This document shows positions 37,501-49,100 of a stretch of 64,000 nucleotides of DNA, piece after piece. A model generated the notes under the pieces. That model was not told the origin of the DNA. It saw only the letters and a program-made list of their open reading frames with translations, and did not search any database. The stretch is from Podarcis cretensis (Eukaryota), in assembly GCA_951804945.1 (NCBI GenBank), contig OX638156.1:67084001-67148000 (forward strand), in the 5' to 3' direction. Positions within the stretch are counted from its first letter, which is position 1. The number at the start of each line of letters is the position of its first letter. The translations under genes were made by a program, and so were the position numbers.

Positions 37501-40072
37501 CCTAAGATGTGCCAACATTTTATTTGCTACGTTGCTCCCTGGGAGTGTGCCAGAGCACTTGCAGTGTGGCGCTCCCAAATCCATGCCTCTGAGAAGCAAC
37601 TGAAGAGGAAAGGAGGAGCTAGGAGGCCACTGAGCCTGAAACCTGCTCTTGGGTGCCAAAGACACTTGATGGGAGTTAAGCAGATGTTTGTTGGAGAGCA
37701 GCTGATCCAGGGATAAGAGGGATCACTCTTTTTTAGCAGGTCTAGAGGCTTTCCCACTGTGCTCCTCTGCGGAGGAGAAAGATGCCCGCCATCTCTTGAT
37801 TGCACATCATAATCCTAAGGGAGCACATAATCTCACAGCCGCATCCAGCTCCCTGAGAGTCTCAGCCTGGGTTTCACTTGCTGTTCTTTTTTAAACTAAG
37901 CTAGTATCCAAGTTAAACAAAACTGTAAAGAAACACCAGAAGGAATAGATTGTGATGGTCAAATGGCTGGAGGCAATGGTGCTTTTCTGCCTTGTGTGGA
38001 CTGCTCCCTGCCGCCCCCCCGCCCCCCACAACTGGTAAGCCAGAATAAATGATATGAGATAAGAGATGCTTATGCAAAAATAATTGAATTGAACGGAATT
38101 CAGCTCTCCTTGGCACCAGCCCCCAGCAAAACTGGCCAATTCTACCCAGAGTGACTTTGCAAGGGGTATGTGAGCCACTTTCCCCTTCAGCTGAAGACGC
38201 TCTGGTGATATTTAAATGGGGGAGGGAGAATCAAACCAGGAAGCACACCCCCCCCCCCAAACTCCAGTAATGAGCAAGCAGAAACACTCTTGGCTGCTGA
38301 TTGGGAATGAAGGCTGAAAGCTGCAGTCCCTGCAGAGGGAGAACACAAAGTGAGATGCCAAAGATTAAGCCCTGGCGCTTGCCAAACGAGACATGTTTTT
38401 CGCTGCCTCAGTCAGTCCTGTCCACTATTCAGGCCGCTATATACTCAGCCGGCTGGTGGAGCTTAGATCCTGATTGGCTTCCCCCCACCCCCAGCCCGCT
38501 TGCTCAAGAAATCTCCCTTATGGAGTGGGGTGTGTTTGTGTGTGTGTAAACCTGAGCCTTCAGAAAGTAATTCACTATAAACACTTTATTTCTTGCCACA
38601 AAGGGAGGAAAGGCATAAAAGGAGAGCTCAGAAATCTCTTCTGTGGTTGAGCAAATTCATCACTTTGAAAAGTCTCAGGACTGAGACCATCTTGTTGTTG
38701 ATACTTTCAAGCTCCTCTGGAAGCCCTTTTCTTGCAGGAATGGGGGCCGGAGAGCAAGGCAAAAAATGCTTCAAATAAATAAGTAACTTCACTCCACACT
38801 CATTTGCATGGATGGAAGCGAATTGCTTTAAAATTTGCAATCTACATGCTCCCCCTTCTCTCTGATTTTAATGAGTCTTAGTGGGCTATAGACACCTCCG
38901 CAAGGTTGAGTCAACCTTACAACTTGCAAAAAAAAAACACAAACAAACCCCAAACTACATTTCTTTGTGACCTTCAGCAGAAATTTCTCTCTCACCTTGT
39001 CCTTATCCAGCTAGGCTGGACCTTCCATTCACACCTGGTGCCTGTGGTGCGAACTATTCCGAATAAGAGACACAGGTTATTTTTTAAAAAGAAAACCAGT
39101 GTGGTGTAGTGGCTAGAGTGCTGGACTAGGACTTGGGAGACTGGGGTTCAAATCCCCATTCTGCCACGAAGCTTGCTCATTGACCCTGGGCTAACTCTCT
39201 CAGCCTAACCTACCTCACGGGGCTGTTTTGAGGATGAAATGAGGAGAGGGAAAATTGGGTATGCCACCTTGAACTTCCTTGGAGGAAAGATGGGATATAA
39301 ATGTAATCATCATCATCATCACAGGTCATTGTGGTATAGTGACAAGTGTGGAGTCCCAGGTTCAAAATCCCCACTCGGGCATGAAGCTCTCTGGGCGACC
39401 TTGGGCCATCTCTCAGCCTAACCTACCACAAAGGACTATTGTGAAGATAAAAAGCAGGTACTGTCCTTGGAGGAAAACTAAGATATAAGCATCATAAATA
39501 AGATCAGCTGCAAGCCCTGTTTATGTAGGAAAGGCATCTCTCTCTCTCTCGCTCACAAACACACGATTACATTAAATCCCTTTTCTTTCTTTCTTAAAAA
39601 CAAACCAACCAGAAGGGTTGGGCTTTTTTTCTCAAAGGAAGACCTGCTTCACCCACCCATTCCCACAGCTCTTTTTCCAACCCAGATGAGAGAAAAGACC
39701 CACAGATACGTCCACAAGTTGGTCTGAAATGAAAAAAAGAACCAGCTCCCTCCCCAAATGATTAAAAAATCTCCATGCTTGGTCTTCTGGAACCAATTCT
39801 CACTCACTGCAGGCTTCCTGGGAAATGGCTATTATCAAGCCTTCCCATGGCCTTGGGTGCTGGCACAGTTTAAGTGTCTGAGCAGCAGGAATGTTCATAG
39901 ATATTCTGCAATACCTCCAGCAGTGGAGTCAGTAGCGAGGAAGTGCTAATTTCAATCCACAGAAGCCAGGGTTCAAACCACCCAATTTTACAGGGGTTTC
40001 TGAAAGCTGAAGCGTGTTTTTACTTCAGTATTTCTCTCCGGTTGTGTTTCTTTGATTTGGAGGCAAATAATG

Positions 40073-40110
<38 letters not shown>

Positions 40111-43100
40111 TAATAATAATAATAATAAAAAAACACTACTGTTTCCCTGCACCCCCAGTATGGGTATATTAGATATCTCATTAATCTCTCATTGGCCAAA
40201 AAATTGTCCAACATGGCTTTGACTTTGCAGAGTTAACACAGATTATTTGTTTTAACCTAAGCTCGACCTCACACTGTTTGACTATGTTCAAAGACCAGCA
40301 AGGAGGGTGGCTGCTTTTTGCCCAGCGTTTGTGGGTGCAATAGATGGCTGCTTGTTGCTCCTCAGAGAAACAGCACAAGTCCTCCAGGACTGAACAACCT
40401 TCACCGACAAATCTGAACGAAAGCATAAAAAGTCCTGCCGATCTCATTCTACCAGCTCCTCTGGGACAAGTAGGTGGCAGGCTGTTTTTTAAGCCCTGCT
40501 TTATTTGCTTGCCTTTCTCCACAAGGATGCCTTTTGCCAGCTACAGGCCGGGCAAGCCCATCTAAGGGAGGTGCAGATAGTGAGGTCACGTGTCAGAGCC
40601 CATGCTGCACTGGCGAGGGAATCTGGCTTAAATGGAAGGAATTGGTGGGTGGGGGTCAGAATAGCAGATAGTAGGTGGTTAAATATAGCACCCAGAAGAT
40701 GAGAACACACCTCCTGTCACTGTATGAGATGCTGGGGGGGGGGGGGGCTGGCTCTTGCTAGCCACTCCAAATAGAGCAAACTTAAATCCCAAACTGGGGG
40801 TTGGGGAATAAACGAGGGGGGATGAGACAGGGAGTAGCGGTGAGGTGATTATGGACCAGCAATGGGAAAACAAACCATGAAATATAACTAACCTGGCATA
40901 GCTCCTGCAGAATACATTAACTCTCTATGGAACACTGAAGTGCCAACCTGAAGCAAGACAAGTGCAGGTATAAGTTACCTGGAGCTATATAAAAAAAAAC
41001 TCCAGGTAAGCAGAGTGCCAAACAAGAGGCTCACACCGCTGTTTTGAGATGCATTTCCTTTAACCTATCTCTTGCACCATGAGTACATGCACACAGGATT
41101 CAGAATCCCTCTGGTTCAGAATTTAAAGGACTCCAGAAAGACTTGGAACCAGCGTCTCGTTTTACGGGTTGCTGGGGACTGAAAAATGCCAGCACAAGAA
41201 CTACAACCTTCGTAAGCAAGTAAAGCAATTTATTACACCAAAGGAAGGAGATCGTTCCAGGGTGGCAACTGGAGAGGCGTCCTTTCTGTGCTGAAGGGGG
41301 AAGACGCCCAGATACTTTCAAGCAATGTAATGTATGCAGTAAATGGGCTTCTCATGCCCTGGACATCCCTCAAGCTAAACAACTGTTCGATTGGAATACA
41401 TGCACTACAGCAACGAGGCTGCCTTTAGCACATTAGAAATGCTGACTTCCAAAGTATAAAGTTGTCCAGCGCAGCAGGTCTGGGGTAGTCGGGAGAGAGG
41501 TGGGCACCTTGCCATTTGGCTTGGTGAATGATCTCTCTTCAGGTGTGCTGGCAGCCATGGGCTCTACACTTCCCCAGCCTCAAGAAAGCCAGAAAGCACA
41601 CCCCATGGCCATCAAAGGCATTTTCAAGAGACACAGGCTTTGAGATCATAACCCAAAGGTAAGGTCTTTACTGTGATCAGCGTCCCACCCATCGAAAAAC
41701 CGAACAGTAAATACTTTCAAATAAGACTGCTTGCTATAGTTTTCAGAAGTTTTGTTCTAATGACAATTTCTTTAAAAAACAAACCTTTTCACAAACAACA
41801 CAGATTTCAAACATGAAACAACTGGTTTCTATGTGTTTTCTCTCCCTCTGTAGAATACAAGACAACAGTCAAGCAACCCAGACAAGCCCTGGCTAGGGAT
41901 AAAGTGGAAGGCCACGGACCAGGCTAATCATGGAGAAAAGTCGAAAAAGAACCAGACAGCTAGGGCTGAAACACAGGCAGAGAGGGGACAGTCCTTGCTC
42001 CAAGGTCACAGACGTACAGCGGAGACATGCTGGAGAGAGGCGGCAGCGGCAGCAGTGGCTGGGTTGGTGGAGGAAAAATCAAAGCAGAAAGAAAGCAGCC
42101 CTAAATTAAACACATTATTCCTCAAGGGCCAAGAGCAGGGTAATTATGAGCAGAGTGATGAAATTGGAGGACCCTAAGCTTAGGCTACAGCGATTCCACA
42201 CCAGGTTTAGCCATATGGTCTAAATTAAAAGCAAAATTAGGTATTTTCATAGGTGAAATATTGTCAGAATAGGCAAGGGGTCCATTTAAGTGGCCTGTGG
42301 CATGTCTGTGGATGTGTGGGGTGAAAACAGGTGGTGCCACATTCATCACATTAAATATCCATATTGATTTTAACTGTATTTTCATTGCTTCTTTTATTTC
42401 TTACAATGCATTTTATTGTGCTACCATGTGAATTCTATGGAATACAATAAAATGCAACATATAATAAACAAAAGGAGAAATAAAAATACACTTAAATACT
42501 GTACAGCATCTAGCACAGCACATTGCAATCAATGCGGCAGGCAGAAAAGACATTAAGTGGACTGCCAAGATGCCTGGCGATGTTCAAGACGAGGTTTGTG
42601 GGAGGCAAGAGCAGGGGGGAGTTTGGGGTACTCCTGGAATAAGCTAAACCCAGGAAGCAGAGGGAGCTAGCTACGTTAGCTGCACTTATATCCCAATGAC
42701 TAACTTGTACCACTGACTCCAACGGGGGCTTAACCTGCGCCCCAGCCCAATATCTAATTATACAAGGAGGAACCAGTTTGGAACATAGGATGCTGTCACA
42801 TTCTGTCACCCTTCAGAATGACCAGTCAACAGGTCTTGGGGCAATACAATGTATAGGAATAAAGGATGTTGCCTTACACTGTATCAGACCACTGGTTCAC
42901 CTGGATAGCTCAGTTGGTTAGAGCGTGCTGCTGAAAACACCAAGGTTTCAGGTTCGATCCCTGTATGGGACACAGGGGTTAGGCTAGATAATCCTCAGAG
43001 TTCTTTCCAACTCTATGTTTCTATAAATCAGTATTGTCTATTGTAGACATCAGGCTTGAGAGATCTAATGTGTTTCACCTGGTACAAAAGATAAATATCT

Positions 43101-46100
43101 TTCAGAGACCAGGAATTTATTTTGAGCTCCAAAATTGAACAGAGCTCACACGTTTTCCTCTCCTGGAAACTCCCCCCCCCTTACTTTTTTATTTTCTTTT
43201 GTTAGAGTTTCCTGAAGTCAGTTTTGTTGGTATTGCTGAACAACCGAGAATGACAAATCCTTGCTGATTTACTTCACAGCAACCAGATACCCACCAGTAG
43301 ATCCTGATCCATCTTCTGGCCACCCCTGATCTATATTGACTGGCAGCTGTTCTCCAGGGGTTCAGGCAGGAGTCCCTCCCAGCCCTTCCTGGAGAAGCCA
43401 GGGATTGAATTTGGGACCTTCTGTATGCAAAACCTTGTGCTCTGCTCCTGAGGCATGGCCCTTGGATCACAACTGGTTCCCAAGGATCACCCCCTTCTTT
43501 ATTGCCCAAAATACACAAGAGAATTTCTACCATGGCTAAAGGCAATTTCACACATGCGTGTTGATCATTTGATGACTGCCAAATTATGGGGGGGGGGGGG
43601 GGGGAGAGACACGGACTGATAGCTTGCCTGAGAGAATGGGCTGCCTTGCATTGCCTCCTACCATTTCAAAAGCACTGCTTTTCAAGAGTCGGTTCACACA
43701 TCCAGTTGAGAGTCATCCAGCGACAAAAGGAGCCTGCCTGAACTAGCAGAACAGAACCCACGGCTGCAACCCAGAGAGAGGCTGAAAAGCATGCAAAGGC
43801 ACACACAATTAATTTCTGCAGGACAGAGCCTGATGGAGCGCAGCCAGCAAGCAACACCAGAGAGGCGCCTCTGGGAAACTTAATTCAGGAGAAGAACATC
43901 TTCCTGCTAAACTAAATCCACCATTCATGGCAAAGGTGATATGAGAAAGGCAGGTCAAGGCATATTTTTCACACTGATATAGAACAAGGTCACTGTGCAA
44001 TCTTCTGCCGCTTCGAGGTGACAGTCGAAGACGTGCTTTCAGAATCCCCAGGCCAACCTTTCTGAGTGCACCCTGCAATCTTATTTTAGAATTCTCTCTT
44101 TCGGGAAATATAGCTCTGCTCGTCACAACTCCCCTTTCATTTGCACCAGCCTGAAACTGAGAATGTGCGGTGTTACCCAAGACAGGTCCTGGCACACGAG
44201 GAGAGAGAGGCTGCGCTTGCATCCAGAATATAACACGGGCTGCCGACGGCACACCACTGAGCATAACTCTGCTCACAGAAGCATGGAGTGGAAATAAACA
44301 AGGTTGCAATAGGCGCCTTTTTGCCGAGTGGAGATGCTCACAGCTGTGCAACCACAATGAGCTGTGTGCAAGTGTTAGAGGCTTTCAGAACCTCATGGGA
44401 TTTTCGGCAACGGCCGCTCTAGGGAAAAGGAGGAGGACACAGTCCAATGCTCAGATGACACCCTCAGCCACTTTGTGGCATTTCAAGAAGAAACCATTTG
44501 AGCTACTGATGCAAATGGGGCCAGAGAGCGTGAAACTGAATTCATGTACTCTGCTGTTGCTCTCCTCTTCTCATTTTAAATGCCAAGCATGGAAGCATCT
44601 GTACTGAAGAAGGCCAAATGAACTACAAACTCAAACAAGTGGCCACACGATCCCTTGATCATCAGGGCATGGCAGGCGAACTGCAACCCATCCCAGATAT
44701 TTAACAATTACAGTGTTTTGCTTTTCTTTTGCTCATGCGCTTCATTTATGCTGTGCTCCCCCTCCCACCTGAGAACGCCTCAGGAGGTCCCCAGGTGCCT
44801 CCCCATTTAGATGCTGACGAGACTCAGAATGGCTGGACTTCCACACTGCTTCTGCTGCATCATCAAAGATCTTCAGGCCATTTTCTAATAAAAAGAGCTG
44901 CCAGCAACCAGTGTTTCACAAGGACCATATTTTGAACTGAGATAAGGGACAAGAGACTTGCAGCTTTGGCTCTGACCCATTCCTGGATTGCAGGAGGTTG
45001 GACTAGACAGCCCTTTGGGTCCCTTCCAACCCTATAATTCTATGATTCCCACTAGAGCAGTCTTTGGTGTTCTCCAGATGTTGCTGGAGTCCAGCTACTA
45101 TAATCCCTTACCACTTGCTGGGGTTGATGGGAATTGTAGTCCAAACAGCACCAGGAGGACTCCAGGTTTACATCTGGAACACTCCTATTTCCATGTACTG
45201 GGGTGGGGGGGGTGCAAGATCCTGTGGCCTCAAGGTTTTTCACCAGCTGAGATGGAGCTGCCCTATGCCTGGTAAAAGTAATAACTGCAAAAACGACTAG
45301 TTTCCTCCCCCATAGCCTGACCCTCCAAAGGCACCACCTCAGCTCATCCCTTGGCAAAGCTGTGCCACTTCTGCACATGGCTGCTACCTGCGGCCCACGA
45401 AAACTGCTGTGGGAAACCCCCACCTACGGTCATCAAGCCAAATGGAGAACAGGCACAAACCACTGGACAGCCTGCAAGCCCCCCACCTTCTCAGATGTCG
45501 GCTGTGATGCTCCTGCTCCTGCAAAGGGAGGCAGAAGTACCCTTCCTCTTGTATGCTGAAATTACCATTCTACTCACAGCAGGTCACTGACATCCTTCAA
45601 CCCTCCAGTGCAGTGTCTTGAAACAGAGAAAGAAAAAGCCGGCAGAAAAAGAAAGAAAAACAACTTGCAGCCTGCCAAGCTGGCCGCATCTGCTTATTGC
45701 TCCCTATTTCTGGTTAGAAATGCTTACTTATTTGAAGCCCATTTTATAGAACTAATAAACCGTCGGAAATTTTAAAATAACTCGCGTTCTTGTATGAAAC
45801 GATCACAGCTGTGCTACCTAATTCCACAGGACGCTGCCTGGAGAGACATTTCCATAGAATGCCAATAAGCAATTGCTGTAAACACCCAGATGGCTGATTT
45901 TTATCACCGGATGCAGAGGCTTCGGCTCACAATGCGGCTCTCCTCTTTATCGCTCAACAGCCGCGGCAAAACGCAGCCGCCTCCTTACTGGAAATGTCAG
46001 GCTCCTGAAGTCAAGGGGAAGGAGTCCAGGGTGACAAGTGCCGCCCCTCACTTGCTCACCTACCCCCTTCCCTGGACTGTCCTCTCCCCACAAAGTCCCA

Positions 46101-49100
46101 TGACCCAGTCCCAGGGATAATGGAAATTACAAAACATCTAGGTTTTCATGTGCCATGACCCTATGTATGTGTAAACTGCTGCATGGGGTGAACGAGATGA
46201 TCCTTGTGGGATCCTTTCAACTTTACAATTCTGTGATTCTATGTACACATGCAAGAGACAGCAGGAGCAGGTAATAGTGCACAGGGCTGAAAAGAAAAAC
46301 AAAACAGGCCAAGGTGGGTCCCTTTAGGCAATGCACTGAACTCTTTGTTGCCATTCCAGACATACAGGGCTTACACCATGGAGATGCAGGGACAGGATAA
46401 AATCTCTGCCTTTGTGCACAGAACACCAGGGCTGTGAGAGCTTTCCAACATCAAACCTCAAGCTTAGGATGCATGCCCTACTATCCACCCCACCCCACCC
46501 CACCCGCAAATCTCCATGAAATGGGTTCAAAGTAGGTGTGAAGGAGAGGCAACTGACCTTGGGCAAAGCAGGATAATACACAAGGAGTTGCTTCCAAGAG
46601 ACCACCCCCCAACCTCTCATGTCCATTTTAATATGTAATTCAGAAACATGGAAAGTGAGTAGAAAGCTTGGTTGAGGCAAGGAAGCCGGGACTTCTCTGC
46701 ACCTGCCTGTCTGCTTCATCCTGCCCTCTCTCCCTCACACAAACTCTTGTCTTTCAGCTTCCACTCATCTCCACAGCCTCAGACGGCCAACTCCCATATC
46801 CCAAGAGGAGGTGTATTTGGCGGAGTGCACTGGGACCACTTCCCCCTCAAAACAACAACCACCACCAACAACAACAACAAGTGGTTAGGGTAAAAGTAAA
46901 GGGACCCCTGACCATTAGGGTCCAGTCGCGGACGACTCTGGGGTTGCAGCGCTCATCTTGCTTTATTGGCTGAGGGAGCCGGCGTACAGCTTCTGGGTTG
47001 TGTGGCCAGCCTGACCAAGCCGCTTCTGGCGAACCAGAGCAGTGCACGGAAACGCCGTTTACCTTCCCACCAGAGCAGTACCTATTTATTTACTTGCACT
47101 TTGATGTGCTTTTGAACTGCTAGGGACTGAGCAACGGGAGCTCACCCCATCGTGGGGATTCGAACCGCCGACCTTCTGATTGGCAAGTCCTAGGCTCTGT
47201 GGTTTAACCCACAGCTCCATTAAATAGTTGGTAAAGTACTATGCCGTTCGGAGCATTTATAACCAGGCATAGTACTAAAGGCAAACAAACACAATTACAC
47301 GTCACATCCATATATTATGAGGATTACTGTTTAACATGCTTATATGCTGCTTTTTGTCAGAAGTGGCCTCAAAGCAGTTTACAAAATAAAAATAAATAAA
47401 TAATATTACAAATAATACCGTTAAGATTACAGTGAAATATCAGCAGCACCCACATCAAGAATAAAACCACAGTATTAAGCCACACATGTGACCTGTACAT
47501 GGCTGGTTCCTGACCCCTGACCCCAACTTCACAAAAGAGCCTGTATGCAAGAAAAAGGGAGGAATCCACCCAGCTTGGCAGTTCCGCGGCTGCGTTCCTT
47601 TCAATTGTTCTTGTGCCTCGGCAGAGCCTGGTGGATTGTTCCCTTAACAGTTTTAATTTAATTTTCCAGCGATAACACTGTTGGAGCAGAAGAGAGAAAG
47701 GCTGCCATAAAAGAAAAGAATTAAATTATATACTGTAAAACGGTTTGCATCCCCGGGGAGCGAGCAGGGAACAAAGAGTTGTTTGGAAGAAAGAGAGATG
47801 TCGATAGATAAACCTTTGTGTTCTTAGAACGAGTAGCCTCTCATTACCATTGCTGTTCTGTGGACACAGGAAGGGAAAAAATATTTAAACCTGGGCCTTG
47901 AGGAAGGTCTGGAGGCCATGAGGCAGGCCACTGGGGCGGATGGAAGCACAATCATGCTGGTGGCAACTGATGGGATTCCCAGTCCAAAACCATCTGGAAG
48001 GCATCAGGCTGATGATGGCCAATATCAGCTTTGCCCACATCAGCCAAACTATAGCTTGGTGTTAAGAGGACAAGCCTCCTTGGTGTTAAGAGTACAAGCC
48101 TTCACAGAGACTCCATCTACTTCTTCTACCTATGTCCTAGTTTGATTAAACCACAGTTTCTTGCTACATTTGAAACAATTTTTTGAAACTGTCCTCCAAA
48201 CCAGAATGCAATTGTGGTTTGAAGCTGGCTGGGCCACCTTGCTCAGGAGGCAAGCACAAATCTTGCTTGCTGGTGAAGGTGGAATGTGCAGCTAGAGTCT
48301 GATCGTACCAGAAAGCAGCAGAAGATGAACGCTCATGAGGAGGAGGGGAGGGGAAGGGCATGCTCATGGGGCTTGCCCCCAAAGCACCATGGTTTGGCTA
48401 AACTGAACCATTGCTTTGGTTAAATGTTTGCTTGCCTTCTGATGCTGACCTTAGCAGAGGCAAGACAAAAGGTACCCTGGACAGCTCCTTGAGTTCTGCA
48501 TGAGAGCAGAGCTTCAGGTGCAGTTAATTCTCAACTTGCAGCTTTGTTCCTCCTTCACTTAGAGCAGGCACCCCCAAACTCGGCCCTCCAGATGTTTTGG
48601 GGCTACAATTCCCATCATCCCTGACCACTGGTCCTGTTAGCTAGGGATGATGGGAGTTGTAGTCCCAAAACATGTGGAGGGCTGAGTTTGGGGATGCCTG
48701 ACTTAGAGGTACTCTTTTTGCTGAAAGGGCACCAGCCTCTCTCTTCCAGTGGTCATTTACTCCACTAGAGAGGGGAGACTTTAGTTGCATGGAGCCTTCT
48801 GAGATGGACTGCTCTGAGTCAGAGGTGGGCAATGTATTTGGGTCACAGGTGTACTGGCTCCTTGGGCTCTCCTTGCCCACCTCCAGCATGACACAAGCAC
48901 AGCCTAGCAAGTTCTTAGTTGGAACAGCACCTAGAAAACTCACCATCATATCCACCTCTAATTGTGTAACGAGTCAGACAGGAAGATGAAAGGGCAGTTA
49001 CCCCATGCTGGGCTAGGTGACAAAAGGTATTTTGAGATATGTTTTATTTTTGGAGTCAGGAAGGGGGGGAAATAAAACGCTCAGCTGTTTCTTTGTTGGA

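Noticed and set aside
42902-42972. tRNA-Ile-like sequence
   Set aside because: Degenerate anticodon arm and acceptor stem, runs into a CR1-type tail: SINE head, not a tRNA gene
43809-44607. 182-aa (-) and 145-aa (+) ORFs in intron 4 as a nested gene
   Set aside because: No recognisable homology, non-ATG starts, no supporting exon structure
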